Of a stretch of DNA of 64,000 nt, positions 28,413 to 37,510 are shown piece by piece. Within the stretch, counting starts at the first letter, position 1. Each line of letters starts with the position of its first letter. The translations under genes and the position numbers were made by a program. Origin of the DNA: Dehalococcoidia bacterium (GTDB lineage: Bacteria > Chloroflexota > Dehalococcoidia > GIF9 > AB-539-J10); NCBI GenBank assembly GCA_030612025.1, contig JAUWOR010000004.1, forward strand, positions 1 through 64,000, given 5' to 3'. The notes under the pieces are model-generated. The model was not told the DNA's origin. It saw only the letters and a list, made by a program, of their open reading frames with translations, and searched no databases.

Positions 28413-30221
28413 TTGCTTAAGAGCCATAGTTGCGGCGAATTACGGAAAAAAATTGCCGGCCAGAAGGTAACTTTGGCTGGCTGGGTGCATCGGCGGCGCG
28501 ACCACGGTGGTATGGCCTTCATTGACCTGCGAGACAGCAGTGGCATAGTCCAGATAGTGTTCAATCCACAAATATCACCAGAGGCATATCAAGTAGCTGG
28601 CTCGCTTCGCCATGAATATGTAATTCAGGTTGAAGGCGAAGTCGTTTCCCGTCCTAAAGGAACCGAAAACCCTAAATTGGCTACCGGGGAAATCGAGGTT
28701 ATGGCCCAAAAAGCTACTGTCCTTAATCCTTCAGAGACACCACCATTCTATATCAATGAAGATGTGGAGGTTGAGGAAAGCCTTTGTCTCAAGAACCGCT
28801 ACTTATATTTGAGAAGGCCTAGAATGAGAGATAACATCGTCCTGCGTCACAAGATAGCAAAGTTCATCCGGGATTTCCTCGATGCCAAGGGCTTTATCGA
28901 GGTGGAAACGCCCATCCTGATTAAGAGCACTCCCGAGGGGGCGCGAGATTACCTTGTGCCCAGCCGCCTCAATCCGGGCAAGTTTTATGCTCTCCCCCAA
29001 TCGCCTCAGCAGCTTAAACAGCTCCTCATGGTAGCTGGTTTGGAAAGGTATTTTCAGATAGCCAAATGCTTTCGAGACGAAGACCTGCGGGCTGATCGCC
29101 AGCCCGAATTCACCCAGCTTGACTTAGAAGTAAGCTTTGTGGAGGAAGAGGATATATTGCAACTTATGGAGGAGCTTTTTACCTCACTTGTGGAGACCGT
29201 TAAGCCTGAAATGCAACTAATAAAGCCCTTCCCGCGCTTCTCCTATAAGGAGGCAGTGGAGAGGTATGGCACGGATAAGCCTGATGTGAGGTTTAGCCTG
29301 GAGCTTAAAGACATCTCTGACATTGCGGCTCAAACCGACTTCGCCATTTTCCGCTCCGCCATTGACAACCATGGCAAGGTGAAAGGAATTTGCCTTCCGG
29401 GCTGTGCCCATTATAGCCGTCATCAACTAGATGAGCTAATCAATCTGGCCCGAGGTCATGGAGCGGAAGGTTTAATAACCCTGGCCTTCCCACCTGAGAG
29501 CTATCAACTGTCAGCTATCAGCTCAGACAAAATTAAGTCAGCGGCGGCCAGACATTTAACTCAAGCCCAGTTAGAAAACATCGCCGCTAAGTTTGAAGCC
29601 AAGTCTGGTGACCTTTTGCTCATTGTGGCTGATAAAGCAGGGGTAGTTAATAAAGCACTTGATGAGTTACGTTGTGAAATGGCACGCCGTCTTAATCTAG
29701 CTGATGCTAACTTACTGGCTTTTACCTTCGTAGTTGACTTTCCTTTATTGGAATGGAGCGAGACCGCCAATCGCTGGGAACCTATGCATCATCCGTTTAC
29801 TGCTCTTCGAGAGGAGGATATACCACTGCTTGATACCGAATCAGCTAGAGTCCAGGCCCGCCATTATGATGTGGTGTGCAACGGATGTGAGCTTGGCAGT
29901 GGCAGTATCAGAATTCATAACCGCCAGCTTCAGGAGAAAATATTCCAGCTTCTGGGTTATAGTAAGGAAGAAATAGAAGAACGTTTTGGGCATTTTCTCA
30001 GGGCATTGGAATATGGAGCCCCACCCCATGGAGGTATCGCTATTGGCCTGGACCGCCTGGTCATGCTGCTCGCTAAAGAGCAGACTATCAGGGAAGTCAT
30101 CGCCTTTCCTAAAAATCAAAACGCGGTTGACTTGATGTTCGATACCCCTTCCTATGTTGATAAGAAGCAGCTTGATGAGTTGAACCTTAAGTTGAAGCAC
30201 GAGATTCTTCGCTCGGAGTGA
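28413..30221 (+). CDS. aspS: Aspartate--tRNA(Asp/Asn) ligase, probably non-discriminating
   Basis: RRRDHGG (His typical of the non-discriminating type), TPEGARDYLVP, LPQSPQ, CFRDEDLRADRQPEFTQLD, HHPFT, GAPPHGG. TTG start at 28413 after GGAGG. Confidence 0.96.
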   Translation: MLKSHSCGELRKKIAGQKVTLAGWVHRRRDHGGMAFIDLRDSSGIVQIVFNPQISPEAYQVAGSLRHEYVIQVEGEVVSRPKGTENPKLATGEIEVMAQKATVLNPSETPPFYINEDVEVEESLCLKNRYLYLRRPRMRDNIVLRHKIAKFIRDFLDAKGFIEVETPILIKSTPEGARDYLVPSRLNPGKFYALPQSPQQLKQLLMVAGLERYFQIAKCFRDEDLRADRQPEFTQLDLEVSFVEEEDILQLMEELFTSLVETVKPEMQLIKPFPRFSYKEAVERYGTDKPDVRFSLELKDISDIAAQTDFAIFRSAIDNHGKVKGICLPGCAHYSRHQLDELINLARGHGAEGLITLAFPPESYQLSAISSDKIKSAAARHLTQAQLENIAAKFEAKSGDLLLIVADKAGVVNKALDELRCEMARRLNLADANLLAFTFVVDFPLLEWSETANRWEPMHHPFTALREEDIPLLDTESARVQARHYDVVCNGCELGSGSIRIHNRQLQEKIFQLLGYSKEEIEERFGHFLRALEYGAPPHGGIAIGLDRLVMLLAKEQTIREVIAFPKNQNAVDLMFDTPSYVDKKQLDELNLKLKHEILRSE

Positions 30222-30560
30222 TAAGGGATGAGGACTCAGAAGGACAACCCCTTTTTGTCACCCTGACCCTGAACCCTTCGCCTCTTGTCATTCTGAGGGA
30301 GGGAAGCGACCGAAGAATCTCACTCAGGGCAGGCTCTGTGAAGGGGGAAGGGTCTCTGGGATTCTTCGCCGAGTTTACCCTGAGCAAAGCTGAAGTGCTC
30401 GGAATGACTGGGGATGGGATTATAGTATCTTGCAAAAGTCTCCACATATATTCGTCGTCTTGTAAGGAAAAGAGGCACCATTACATGAGAGGATAAAGGT
30501 GAGGGTGAAACCAGATGAATTCCCCCTCCCTCTAACCTCCTCCCGCCAGGGGAGGGAGGA
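30201..30560. repeat. Nested GTCATT..GAATC palindromes and CCCTC hairpins after aspS
   Basis: gagattcttcg.., gtcattctgagggagggaagcgaccgaagaatctc inside cccttcg..ctcagggcaggc, and ctcctcccgccaggggagggag. Confidence 0.8.
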
Positions 30561-30586
30561 TTGTGATGATTTGTGCGGTTAACTAT

Positions 30587-30822
30587 ATGGGTGTTTAAAA
30601 ATGTAGTGCGCGGCTTTAGCCCTGTGTAGTAGCGAAGATTACTACACGGGGTAGCCTCGTGCACGACCCTAAAGGGTCGCACTACGAAAATTAGAATGAG
30701 GAATGTAGTTGCCCAATTTATTGGGCGACCGTGCCTGATAAATCAGGCAACTACAAAAATTTGGGGGTGAAACACCTCCGAGATGGCTGAAATTGAACGG
30801 GGAAGCAAAATTAAACAGCTTC
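30587..30822 (+). mobile_element. MITE-like element, copy 2 (modules A+B+C)
   Basis: Near-identical to 32208-32443; terminal GTGTTTAA..TTAAACAGC. Confidence 0.8.
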
Positions 30823-30870
30823 ACTATAGATGACAGGTAAGGTTGTTAAAGGAACTTTAAGGTGTGAAAT

Positions 30871-32169
30871 ATGAAAGTAACCCGTGAAAAGCTGGAGAAT
30901 TGTCAGGTATCGCTTAATATAGAAGCTGAAGCCCGTGAGCTAGAAAAAGCTCTCGAGGGAGCTTACCGCCATTTGGTTAGCAAAGTTTCTATACCTGGCT
31001 TCCGTAAAGGGAAGACTCCTCGAGCTATTTTGGAACAGCATCTGGGTAAAAGCACTTTGCTGGAGGAAGCCCTGGAGCGTCTCGTACCCCAGCTTTATAA
31101 ACAGGCGCTTGAATCAGAGAAAATTGAACCTATTGCCCAACCACAAATAGAAATTACTCAAAACGAGCCCTTAGTTTTCAAAGCCATCGTGCCGCTCAAG
31201 CCTACAGTTAAGCTTGGCGACTACCACAGCATAAAGCTAAAAGCTGAGCCGGTAGAAATCGGCGCGGGGGAAATTGGAGCTGCTATTGAGCAGCTTCGCC
31301 AGCAACAGGCAGTATTACTACCTGTAGACCGCCCCGTCCAGCCTGGCGATTTCGTCACCCTGAGCATCGAGGCCACCATTGAAGGCAAGCCATTTCTAAA
31401 CCATAAAGACCTACTATATCAGGTGGATAGCAATGCAACCTTTCCCTTACCTGATTTTGCTCCAAAATTGGAGGGTGTGAAGAAGAACGAGGAGAAGATT
31501 TTTAGCCTTAAAGTTCCGGCTGACTATAGCATCAAGGAATTTTGTGGGCAGGAATGCCTTTTCAAAACCACGGTTAGCGAGATAAAGGAGAAACAATTGC
31601 CCCAGCTTGATGATGAGTTTGCCCAAAGTTGTAATTATGCTAATTTAACTCAGCTAAGGGAAGGGGTAACGGCTGATTTGAGAGCTAAAGCGGAACAAAG
31701 GAGTCACCTGGAGCTAAGACAAAAAGCTATTGATGCCGTCGTCAAAGTCAGTGAAGTGGACTATCCCCCTATCCTGGAGGACAGGGAAATTGACAGTCTT
31801 CTTGAGGATGTGGCACGACGTTTTGGTTACCGGGAGGTGGAGGATTACCTGAAAAGGGTTAGCAAGACAAAGGAGGAGATTAGAGAGGAATTGCGTCCCA
31901 TAGCTAAGAAGCGAGTTATTAATACTCTTGTCCTGGATAAAGTGGCTGAAGAGGAAAAGGTTGAAATTACTTCCCCAGAAGTAGATAATAAAGTGGAGGA
32001 GATTCTTGGGGACGCTAAGGATAAGGAGAAAATGCGGAGATTTCTTGCTTTGCCTCAGGTCAGAGAGTCAATTGGTGAGTCTCTGCGCACCCAAAAGACG
32101 ATGGATCGGCTGATGCAGATAGTTAGTAGAAACCAAGAGGAGACAAAGGAGCATTCAGCATTAAGCTGA
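30871..32169 (+). CDS. tig: Trigger factor
   Basis: IPGFRKGK ribosome-binding motif, FKBP-like middle domain, LDDEFA. Confidence 0.95.
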   Translation: MKVTREKLENCQVSLNIEAEARELEKALEGAYRHLVSKVSIPGFRKGKTPRAILEQHLGKSTLLEEALERLVPQLYKQALESEKIEPIAQPQIEITQNEPLVFKAIVPLKPTVKLGDYHSIKLKAEPVEIGAGEIGAAIEQLRQQQAVLLPVDRPVQPGDFVTLSIEATIEGKPFLNHKDLLYQVDSNATFPLPDFAPKLEGVKKNEEKIFSLKVPADYSIKEFCGQECLFKTTVSEIKEKQLPQLDDEFAQSCNYANLTQLREGVTADLRAKAEQRSHLELRQKAIDAVVKVSEVDYPPILEDREIDSLLEDVARRFGYREVEDYLKRVSKTKEEIREELRPIAKKRVINTLVLDKVAEEEKVEITSPEVDNKVEEILGDAKDKEKMRRFLALPQVRESIGESLRTQKTMDRLMQIVSRNQEETKEHSALS

Positions 32170-32207
32170 AAACTGATGGCTGAGGGCTGAAATTAATAAA
32201 CAATAAA

Positions 32208-32443
32208 GAGGTTGTTTAGAAATGTAGTGCGAGGCTTTAGCCCTGTGTAGTAGCGAAGATTACTACACGGGGTAGCCTCGTGCACGACCCTAAAGGGTCG
32301 CACTACGAAAATTAGAATGAGGAATGTAGTTGTCCAATTTATTGGGCGACTGTGCCTGATAAATCAGGCAACTACAAAAATTTGGGGGTGAACCACCTCC
32401 GAGATGGCTGAAATTGAACGGGGAAGCAAAATTAGACAGCCTC
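32208..32443 (+). mobile_element. MITE-like element, copy 3 (modules A+B+C)
   Basis: GAGGTTGTTTAGAAA..ATTAGACAGCCTC; direct repeat of 30587-30822. Confidence 0.8.
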
Positions 32444-32463
32444 GTAAAGTAAAGGAGGAGCCA

Positions 32464-33072
32464 ATGGACACAGTATCTCAGGTAATAATTCCCACAGTGA
32501 CTGAGACGGGTGCTCGAGGTGAGCGTGCTTCTTTTGACATATATTCCCTTTTGCTGCGGGAAAGGATTGTTTTCCTGGGCACACCGATCAATGACCAGAT
32601 AGCCAATCTCATTATCGCCCAGCTCCTCTATTTAGAAAGGGAAGACCCGGAAAAGGATATCAGCCTTTATATTCATTGCCCCGGCGGGATAATCAGCGCT
32701 GGCCTGGCTATCTACGATACCATGCAGCTTCTGCGCTGCCCGGTGTCCACCATCTGCGTTGGCCTAGCGGCCAGCATGGGCACCTTGCTTCTTTGTGCTG
32801 GCACCAAAGGCAAGAGGTATTCTTTGCCTAACTCCACCATACATCTTCACCAGGCGGTTGGTGGTGCTCAAGGACAGGCAGCCGATGTTGAGATCGCTGC
32901 TCGGGAAATTATGCGCATGCAGGAAAGAATCCGCAATATTCTGGCTAAACATACCGGTCAGACGATGGAGAAAATTGCTCACGATACCGATAGAGACTTT
33001 TACCTTGACTCCCAGCAAGCGGTGGAATATGGCATTGTAGACGAGATACTCAGTAAGCCAGAGAAGAAGTGA
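32464..33072 (+). CDS. clpP: ATP-dependent Clp protease proteolytic subunit
   Basis: [16 protein letters not shown] (Ser), HQ (His), DRD, YGIVD. Start at ATG 32464 after AGGAGG. Confidence 0.96.
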   Translation: MDTVSQVIIPTVTETGARGERASFDIYSLLLRERIVFLGTPINDQIANLIIAQLLYLEREDPEKDISLYIHCPGGIISAGLAIYDTMQLLRCPVSTICVGLAASMGTLLLCAGTKGKRYSLPNSTIHLHQAVGGAQGQAADVEIAAREIMRMQERIRNILAKHTGQTMEKIAHDTDRDFYLDSQQAVEYGIVDEILSKPEKK

Positions 33073-33078
33073 AGTTCT

Positions 33079-33446
33079 TGTCATTGCGGGCCGAATTTCC
33101 TCTCCCCCTCCCTCTAACTCCCTCCCACCAAGGGAGGGAGGATCACCTCCGTAGTGTCGGGGTTTATCCCCGCCTCAGTGGTTGAGGACGGAGCGGCGTT
33201 TGCAAATAAGCGTAGCGCAAGGCTTCAGCCCTATGTAGTAGCGAAGATTACTACACGGGGTAGCCTCGCGCCAGGCAGCGGGGAATGCACGACCTTAAAA
33301 GGGCGCACTACGAAAACCAAGCGCCTCCTGTCATTGCGAGGCGAAGGCGTGGCAATCTCGCCTCAAATGTCATTCTGAGCGTGTGAGCCGAAGCCCTGAA
33401 CGAAGGGAAGGGGAAGAATCTCAAGGTGGGAGAGCGAAACAATCAC
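33079..33446. repeat. Dense mosaic of several repeat families
   Basis: GTCATTGCG elements, a CCCTC hairpin, GTAG REP-like elements with the 32-bp insert (33229-33260), nested gtcattctgagc..gaagaatctc. Confidence 0.8.
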
Positions 33447-33499
33447 AGCCCTGTACGCAGCCTTTGCTATAGGTTGAATTGGGGGTATAATTAGGCAAA

Positions 33500-33667
33500 A
33501 TGCTTATCTTGCCAAGCTTGCTGAAAGCAGCTTCCATAGCTTACTTGGCCAGCCCTCAGAGGTTCTGGGGCTTGGGCAAAGTAGGCTTAATCACCACTAT
33601 TGTTGTTTCTGTCATCCTTATTGTGACCTTCGTATGGATATTCCACGGCACTAAGAAGCGAGACTGA
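33500..33667 (+). CDS. Putative 55-aa single-pass membrane protein (below the ORF-track cutoff)
   Basis: MLILPSLLKAASIAYLASPQRFWGLGKVGLITTIVVSVILIVTFVWIFHGTKKRD; TATAAT lies 8 nt upstream of the ATG. Confidence 0.55.
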   Translation: MLILPSLLKAASIAYLASPQRFWGLGKVGLITTIVVSVILIVTFVWIFHGTKKRD

Positions 33668-33680
33668 CTCCTTCGCTTCC

Positions 33681-33891
33681 TGCCATTGCGAGCCGAAGGC
33701 GTGGCAATCCGGCGGGATTTATCCCGGCCTTAGTGATTGGGCACAAGCCCCAACCAAAAAGGTACCCCGCGTCCACCCTATCCCTTTATCTGGTGAGGTA
33801 GAGGCGGGGATAAACCACGCCACTACGAAGTGAGATTGCTATGCTTTTGGCTTTCACCCTCACCTTAATTCTCTCCCTTGACGAGAGAGGA
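33681..33891. repeat. Second repeat mosaic
   Basis: gccattgcgagccgaaggcgtggcaatc, gtagaggcggggataaaccacgccactac, ccctcaccttaattctctcccttgacgagagagg. Confidence 0.75.
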
Positions 33892-33922
33892 AGTTTGGCT
33901 GGCTTGGTGAGTTGACATAATA

Positions 33923-34912
33923 TTAACCCAGTTTGGCAGCTTCTGCTCTGACGAGGCGCCGAATTCTCTTATGGATTTCCAGAGGCTGAGCTATGTCTTT
34001 CCTTTCAGCCAGCCAGTAGAAATGCTCCCGGTTACCCTTTCCACCGACGCTTTCCTTTTCCTTAACCATTAGCTCGACTGCCTGCCGTTTGCCTCTCTCC
34101 CAGGCTTCCAGAACTATCCCTAAATCATCCAGGTTTGTGGATGCCAGGCCCATGGTGGAGTAGGGTAGGGCATATTCATTGGCATTGAAGGCAATGGCTA
34201 ACCCGCCGACTTTATTCACAGTTTGAAGCATTTTGAAGTCGGTGATGCTATCTCCCACCGCTATCCAATGGGAGAGAGGTTTTCCTAGCCTGGCGGCGAA
34301 ATGCTCCAGTGCCTCTATCTTGCGTTTCCCACCTACGGGCTTAACTTTATTTATAATTCTCCCTGAACTTGTCCTGAGCAGCTCTTGCCAGTAAAAGCGG
34401 TCCAGTGTTTGTTTTATCCTGGCATCGTCTACCTCTGGGGTGAGGGTGATAAATTCCCATTCGGCTCGCTCCAGCAGGGTGAAATCATCCTGGTTTTGTA
34501 GCTGGCAAATCTGATCCAGGGGGAAGGAAGTGCAAGCTACATTTTGATCTGGGATTCCCAGCCTTTGTGTGATGGCAAAAGCATATTGCTCATAGCTGGT
34601 GCTGATGCAAAATATTTGCCATCCTTGAGATTTGAGCCTGGAGATTAAATCAGAGGCGCCGGGGGTCAATTTAGCTTCTTGCCCCATAGTGGTGATTTGT
34701 TTTTCCCTTATTCCATGGCGGGCAAGGAAAGGAGCGATGAGGGCCAGAGTATCTCCGGGCTCATAATCCTGCCTGCCTTCCAGGGTTAACAAATCATCGT
34801 ACCGGCTGATGACTTCAAAAATCCTACTACCGTGGGGCAACAGCTTCATCAACTCATAGGCATTATCTTGAGGAGCCAGAGGACCTTCAAGGTCAAAGCA
34901 GATTAGATTCAT
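33923..34912 (-). CDS. HAD-superfamily phosphohydrolase (EhaR/COG4030-like)
   Basis: FDLEGP, DNAYE, YEPGDTL, ISTSYEQY, GDSITD, AFNANEYA. Start moved to ATG 34912 because the upstream extension is repeat DNA. Confidence 0.75.
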   Translation of the reverse strand: MNLICFDLEGPLAPQDNAYELMKLLPHGSRIFEVISRYDDLLTLEGRQDYEPGDTLALIAPFLARHGIREKQITTMGQEAKLTPGASDLISRLKSQGWQIFCISTSYEQYAFAITQRLGIPDQNVACTSFPLDQICQLQNQDDFTLLERAEWEFITLTPEVDDARIKQTLDRFYWQELLRTSSGRIINKVKPVGGKRKIEALEHFAARLGKPLSHWIAVGDSITDFKMLQTVNKVGGLAIAFNANEYALPYSTMGLASTNLDDLGIVLEAWERGKRQAVELMVKEKESVGGKGNREHFYWLAERKDIAQPLEIHKRIRRLVRAEAAKLG

Positions 34913-34947
34913 CTCAATATTCCCTCCCATCCTTTTGTTCCGTAATC

Positions 34948-35099
34948 GGGATTGCTTCGGCACTCTGTGCCTCGCAATGACAAGAAGAAAGTATGGCGCG
35001 TAATGATATTTTGAGTAGCCATCAGCTATCAGCGCTTCGTAGTGCGAGGCTTTAGCCTCGTGCCGCACATAACTGCACGACCCTGAAGGGTCGCACTAT
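34948..35099. repeat. GTCATTGCG element, heptamer run and an empty module A
   Basis: gggattgcttcggcactctgtgcctcgcaatgac; agccatcagctatcagc; gtagtgcgaggctttagcctcgtg..cgaccctgaagggtcgcacta. Confidence 0.8.
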
Positions 35100-35105
35100 A
35101 TCTAT

Positions 35106-35993
35106 TTAAGTCGCTATCAGTTTATCTATTTTACTACTAAGGTCATAGCCATCAATTGACCTTTCCTGAGCATCAACGACTTTACCCTCTTTGATGCTGA
35201 TATTCCCCTGGCTTAGGACTTTAAGGGTGGAGATAATGAGGGGAAACTCCTGGGCAAGCTCATGTTGGCGAATAAGCTGGAATAGCATATTTCGGTCGTC
35301 CTTTTGCCAATATTGGTCGAAGGGCTTGCCTTTGATGGGAAAAAAGCAGTAGCTGACTACAGGTCCTCTATCCAATTCGGGGGTCACCAGGTGCATCATT
35401 GCCCCAGCTTCCTCAGCTTTGTCTTCTATCAACTTCCATATTACCTCTTGCCAGCTACCCACAGGTCCACCAGGGGGTGCGGGGTGAAGGTTAACCATGT
35501 TGTATTTCTGGCATAGCTCTTCTCCTATGATGAGCATGTAGCCAGCGAGGACACAGAGGTCGGGGGCGAATTGTTCAATTCTCTTATTTACCTCTCTATC
35601 ATATTCAAGACGCCATCTCTCCTGAGATGGCTTGGCTATGGCCGCAATAACATTACTGTCGTTCTGATTCCTACCCTTATTGTCATTCTGAGGGAGAGAA
35701 GCGACTGAAGAATCTCCTCTTCGCTTCACTGGGAGCTTCGGCTGCTCAGGACAGGCTCCGCGAAGCAATCTTAACTTGAATTTCCTGTGGGAGAAACAGA
35801 TGAGGGGGATGCCATAGCTGTGAACTAACTCGAAGAAGGAGTCGCTTTCCCCTGATTCGCCAGGCTCTCGATTGCTAAAAACGAAGCTAATTTTCCCTGT
35901 TATATCGCTGGTGGCGATACTTTCTTGTACCGCTTGCAAAAGCTGCCGTGCTGCTTCATCCCTGCCGGTGGAGAACCAACCAATGTTTAGCAA
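35106..35993 (-). CDS. purN: Phosphoribosylglycinamide formyltransferase with a repeat-derived insertion of about 49 aa
   Basis: STGRD, FVFSNRE, LAGYM, NLHPA, ELDRGP. Confidence 0.88.
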   Translation of the reverse strand: MLNIGWFSTGRDEAARQLLQAVQESIATSDITGKISFVFSNREPGESGESDSFFELVHSYGIPLICFSHRKFKLRLLRGACPEQPKLPVKRRGDSSVASLPQNDNKGRNQNDSNVIAAIAKPSQERWRLEYDREVNKRIEQFAPDLCVLAGYMLIIGEELCQKYNMVNLHPAPPGGPVGSWQEVIWKLIEDKAEEAGAMMHLVTPELDRGPVVSYCFFPIKGKPFDQYWQKDDRNMLFQLIRQHELAQEFPLIISTLKVLSQGNISIKEGKVVDAQERSIDGYDLSSKIDKLIAT

Positions 35994-36046
35994 GACTTAG
36001 CTTTACTCCTTTCGCAGTGCGACCCTTTAGGGTCGCGCATACGTTT

Positions 36047-36712
36047 TTAAACACCTCGAAAACACTTATTTACCTTCACCCAGATGCTAGCGAAGTGAAC
36101 TAAAGGGTTAGACCTGTGCCCGAATATCTTCCCTCGGGATAAACTGCCCAGGAAATCGCTTGGGCTGTTGAATTCAGGCATTTCCACGTAAGCCCGGCCA
36201 ATTTCGCCTAAGGTATGAGCATCACTTCCAGCGCTAGCAGGCAGCTTATATTTTAGAGCCAATCGCCAAGCTTTGCTAGAGTTGTTAGGGAAAAAGTCGC
36301 GTGAATTAAGAACTTCAATAATATCAACCTGGGATACAATTTCTGGTGATAGGAGATTGCTTCGCTTGCTCGTAGCTAACAAAGAAGGTGAACGGCCATA
36401 CGGATGGGGAATGCCGACCAACCCACCTTGACTTTTTATTCGGGTTATTGTTTCCTCGGGAGATAATCCCTTGGGGACTTCTTCGATGAGAAATAAACCT
36501 ATCAATTCACCCATGGAGGTCATAATTTCCTCAGCGATGATTACCTTAAAGGGAGCTATTCCCTTTAGCTTCAAAGCTCCAGAGATGGTGTTATGGTCAG
36601 TCACAGCAAGGCAGTTTATGCCTATCTTAAGACACTGGTTCACCATCCCTTCTAAAGGGGTATTGCAGTCCATGGAGTAGCAGGTATGAACGTGTAAATC
36701 AGCTTTTATCAA
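36047..36712 (-). CDS. PHP-domain metal-dependent phosphoesterase
   Basis: DLHVHT, TDHN, HPY, EVLNSR, GSDAH. Confidence 0.88.
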   Translation of the reverse strand: MIKADLHVHTCYSMDCNTPLEGMVNQCLKIGINCLAVTDHNTISGALKLKGIAPFKVIIAEEIMTSMGELIGLFLIEEVPKGLSPEETITRIKSQGGLVGIPHPYGRSPSLLATSKRSNLLSPEIVSQVDIIEVLNSRDFFPNNSSKAWRLALKYKLPASAGSDAHTLGEIGRAYVEMPEFNSPSDFLGSLSRGKIFGHRSNPLVHFASIWVKVNKCFRGV

Positions 36713-37269
36713 CTTGCCCTTTCTAGATATTCCCCACTGCGGGTATCAACTTTGATGATGTCCCCCATGCTAATAAACAGAGGAACCTGAATGGTAATGC
36801 CGGTTTCCACCCTGGCTGGCTTACTTCCCCCAGTAGCCGTATCTCCTTTAAAGCCGGGCTCCGTCTCAGTAACTTGAAGCTCTACAGTAATAGGCAACTC
36901 TATGTTTACCGCTTCACCCTTACAGGTCAGAATTTCCAGATTTAGCCCTTCTTTGAGGTAGTTTATGCCCTCTCCTATTTGAACTGCGGCCAATGTTATT
37001 TGCTCGTAGCTCTCATTATCCATAAAGTAGTAAAGGTCACCATCGTTATAAAGATATTGGACTGAGTGGTGCTCCAGAAAAGCTGGGGCAAATTTGTCGC
37101 TGGCCTGAAAGGAGCGTTCAATGACATTGCTGCTGCGGATATTGCGAAGCCGTAATCGAATCTGGGCTGAGCCTCGCCCTATCTTAATATGATGATATTC
37201 AGTAATCTGATATATTTCTCCATCTAGCTCTATGGCGATTCCCTTCTTCAATTCCCCAGCACTGATCAT
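36709..37269 (-). CDS. efp: Elongation factor P
   Basis: KIGRGSA, QYLY, PGFKGDTATG, VPLFI, KVDTR. Confidence 0.96.
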   Translation of the reverse strand: MISAGELKKGIAIELDGEIYQITEYHHIKIGRGSAQIRLRLRNIRSSNVIERSFQASDKFAPAFLEHHSVQYLYNDGDLYYFMDNESYEQITLAAVQIGEGINYLKEGLNLEILTCKGEAVNIELPITVELQVTETEPGFKGDTATGGSKPARVETGITIQVPLFISMGDIIKVDTRSGEYLERAS

Positions 37270-37303
37270 ATAATGGCCTCCATCCTTTGTAAGCTGTCAG
37301 CGT

Positions 37304-37453
37304 TCAGTAGTCAGCTATCAGTTTCTGTATGAATCCTGTAAGCATGCGTTTTACTTCCACTGCTTGATTATTCAATCCCTCATAAGTTTTTATGTCTAGG
37401 TATCCCAAATCTCGGGACTTTTGCCACACTTTTAAGCTTCTGAAATCTTTCAT
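37304..37453 (-). pseudogene. Internally deleted four-helix-bundle (23S IVP/TIGR02436-like) gene, 49 aa, flanked by heptamer repeats
   Basis: Manual translation MKDFRSLKVWQKS|RDLGYLDIKTYEGLNNQAVEVKRMLTGFIQKLIADY*: the family's N- and C-terminal motifs are joined and the central QxRR..SIxxNIAEG core is missing. Confidence 0.75.
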
Positions 37454-37510
37454 TGTTAAATATTCAGCGGTCAGCCCTCAGTGTTCAGTGAGTTGCTGAC
37501 TGCTGAAAGC

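Noticed and set aside
30187-30682. ORF-track ORFs at 30187-30447, 30218-30496 and 30320-30682
   Set aside because: They are translations of stop-poor repeat DNA with no protein-family features.
30587-32443. Direct repeats around tig read as a CRISPR array or composite transposon
   Set aside because: No repeat-spacer periodicity or cas genes; they are two of five dispersed MITE copies around a core gene.
33154-33378. 74-aa ORF after clpP
   Set aside because: Lies wholly within the repeat mosaic.
37304-37453. Diversity-generating retroelement suggested by the Avd-like fold
   Set aside because: No reverse transcriptase or template/variable repeat pair in the window.
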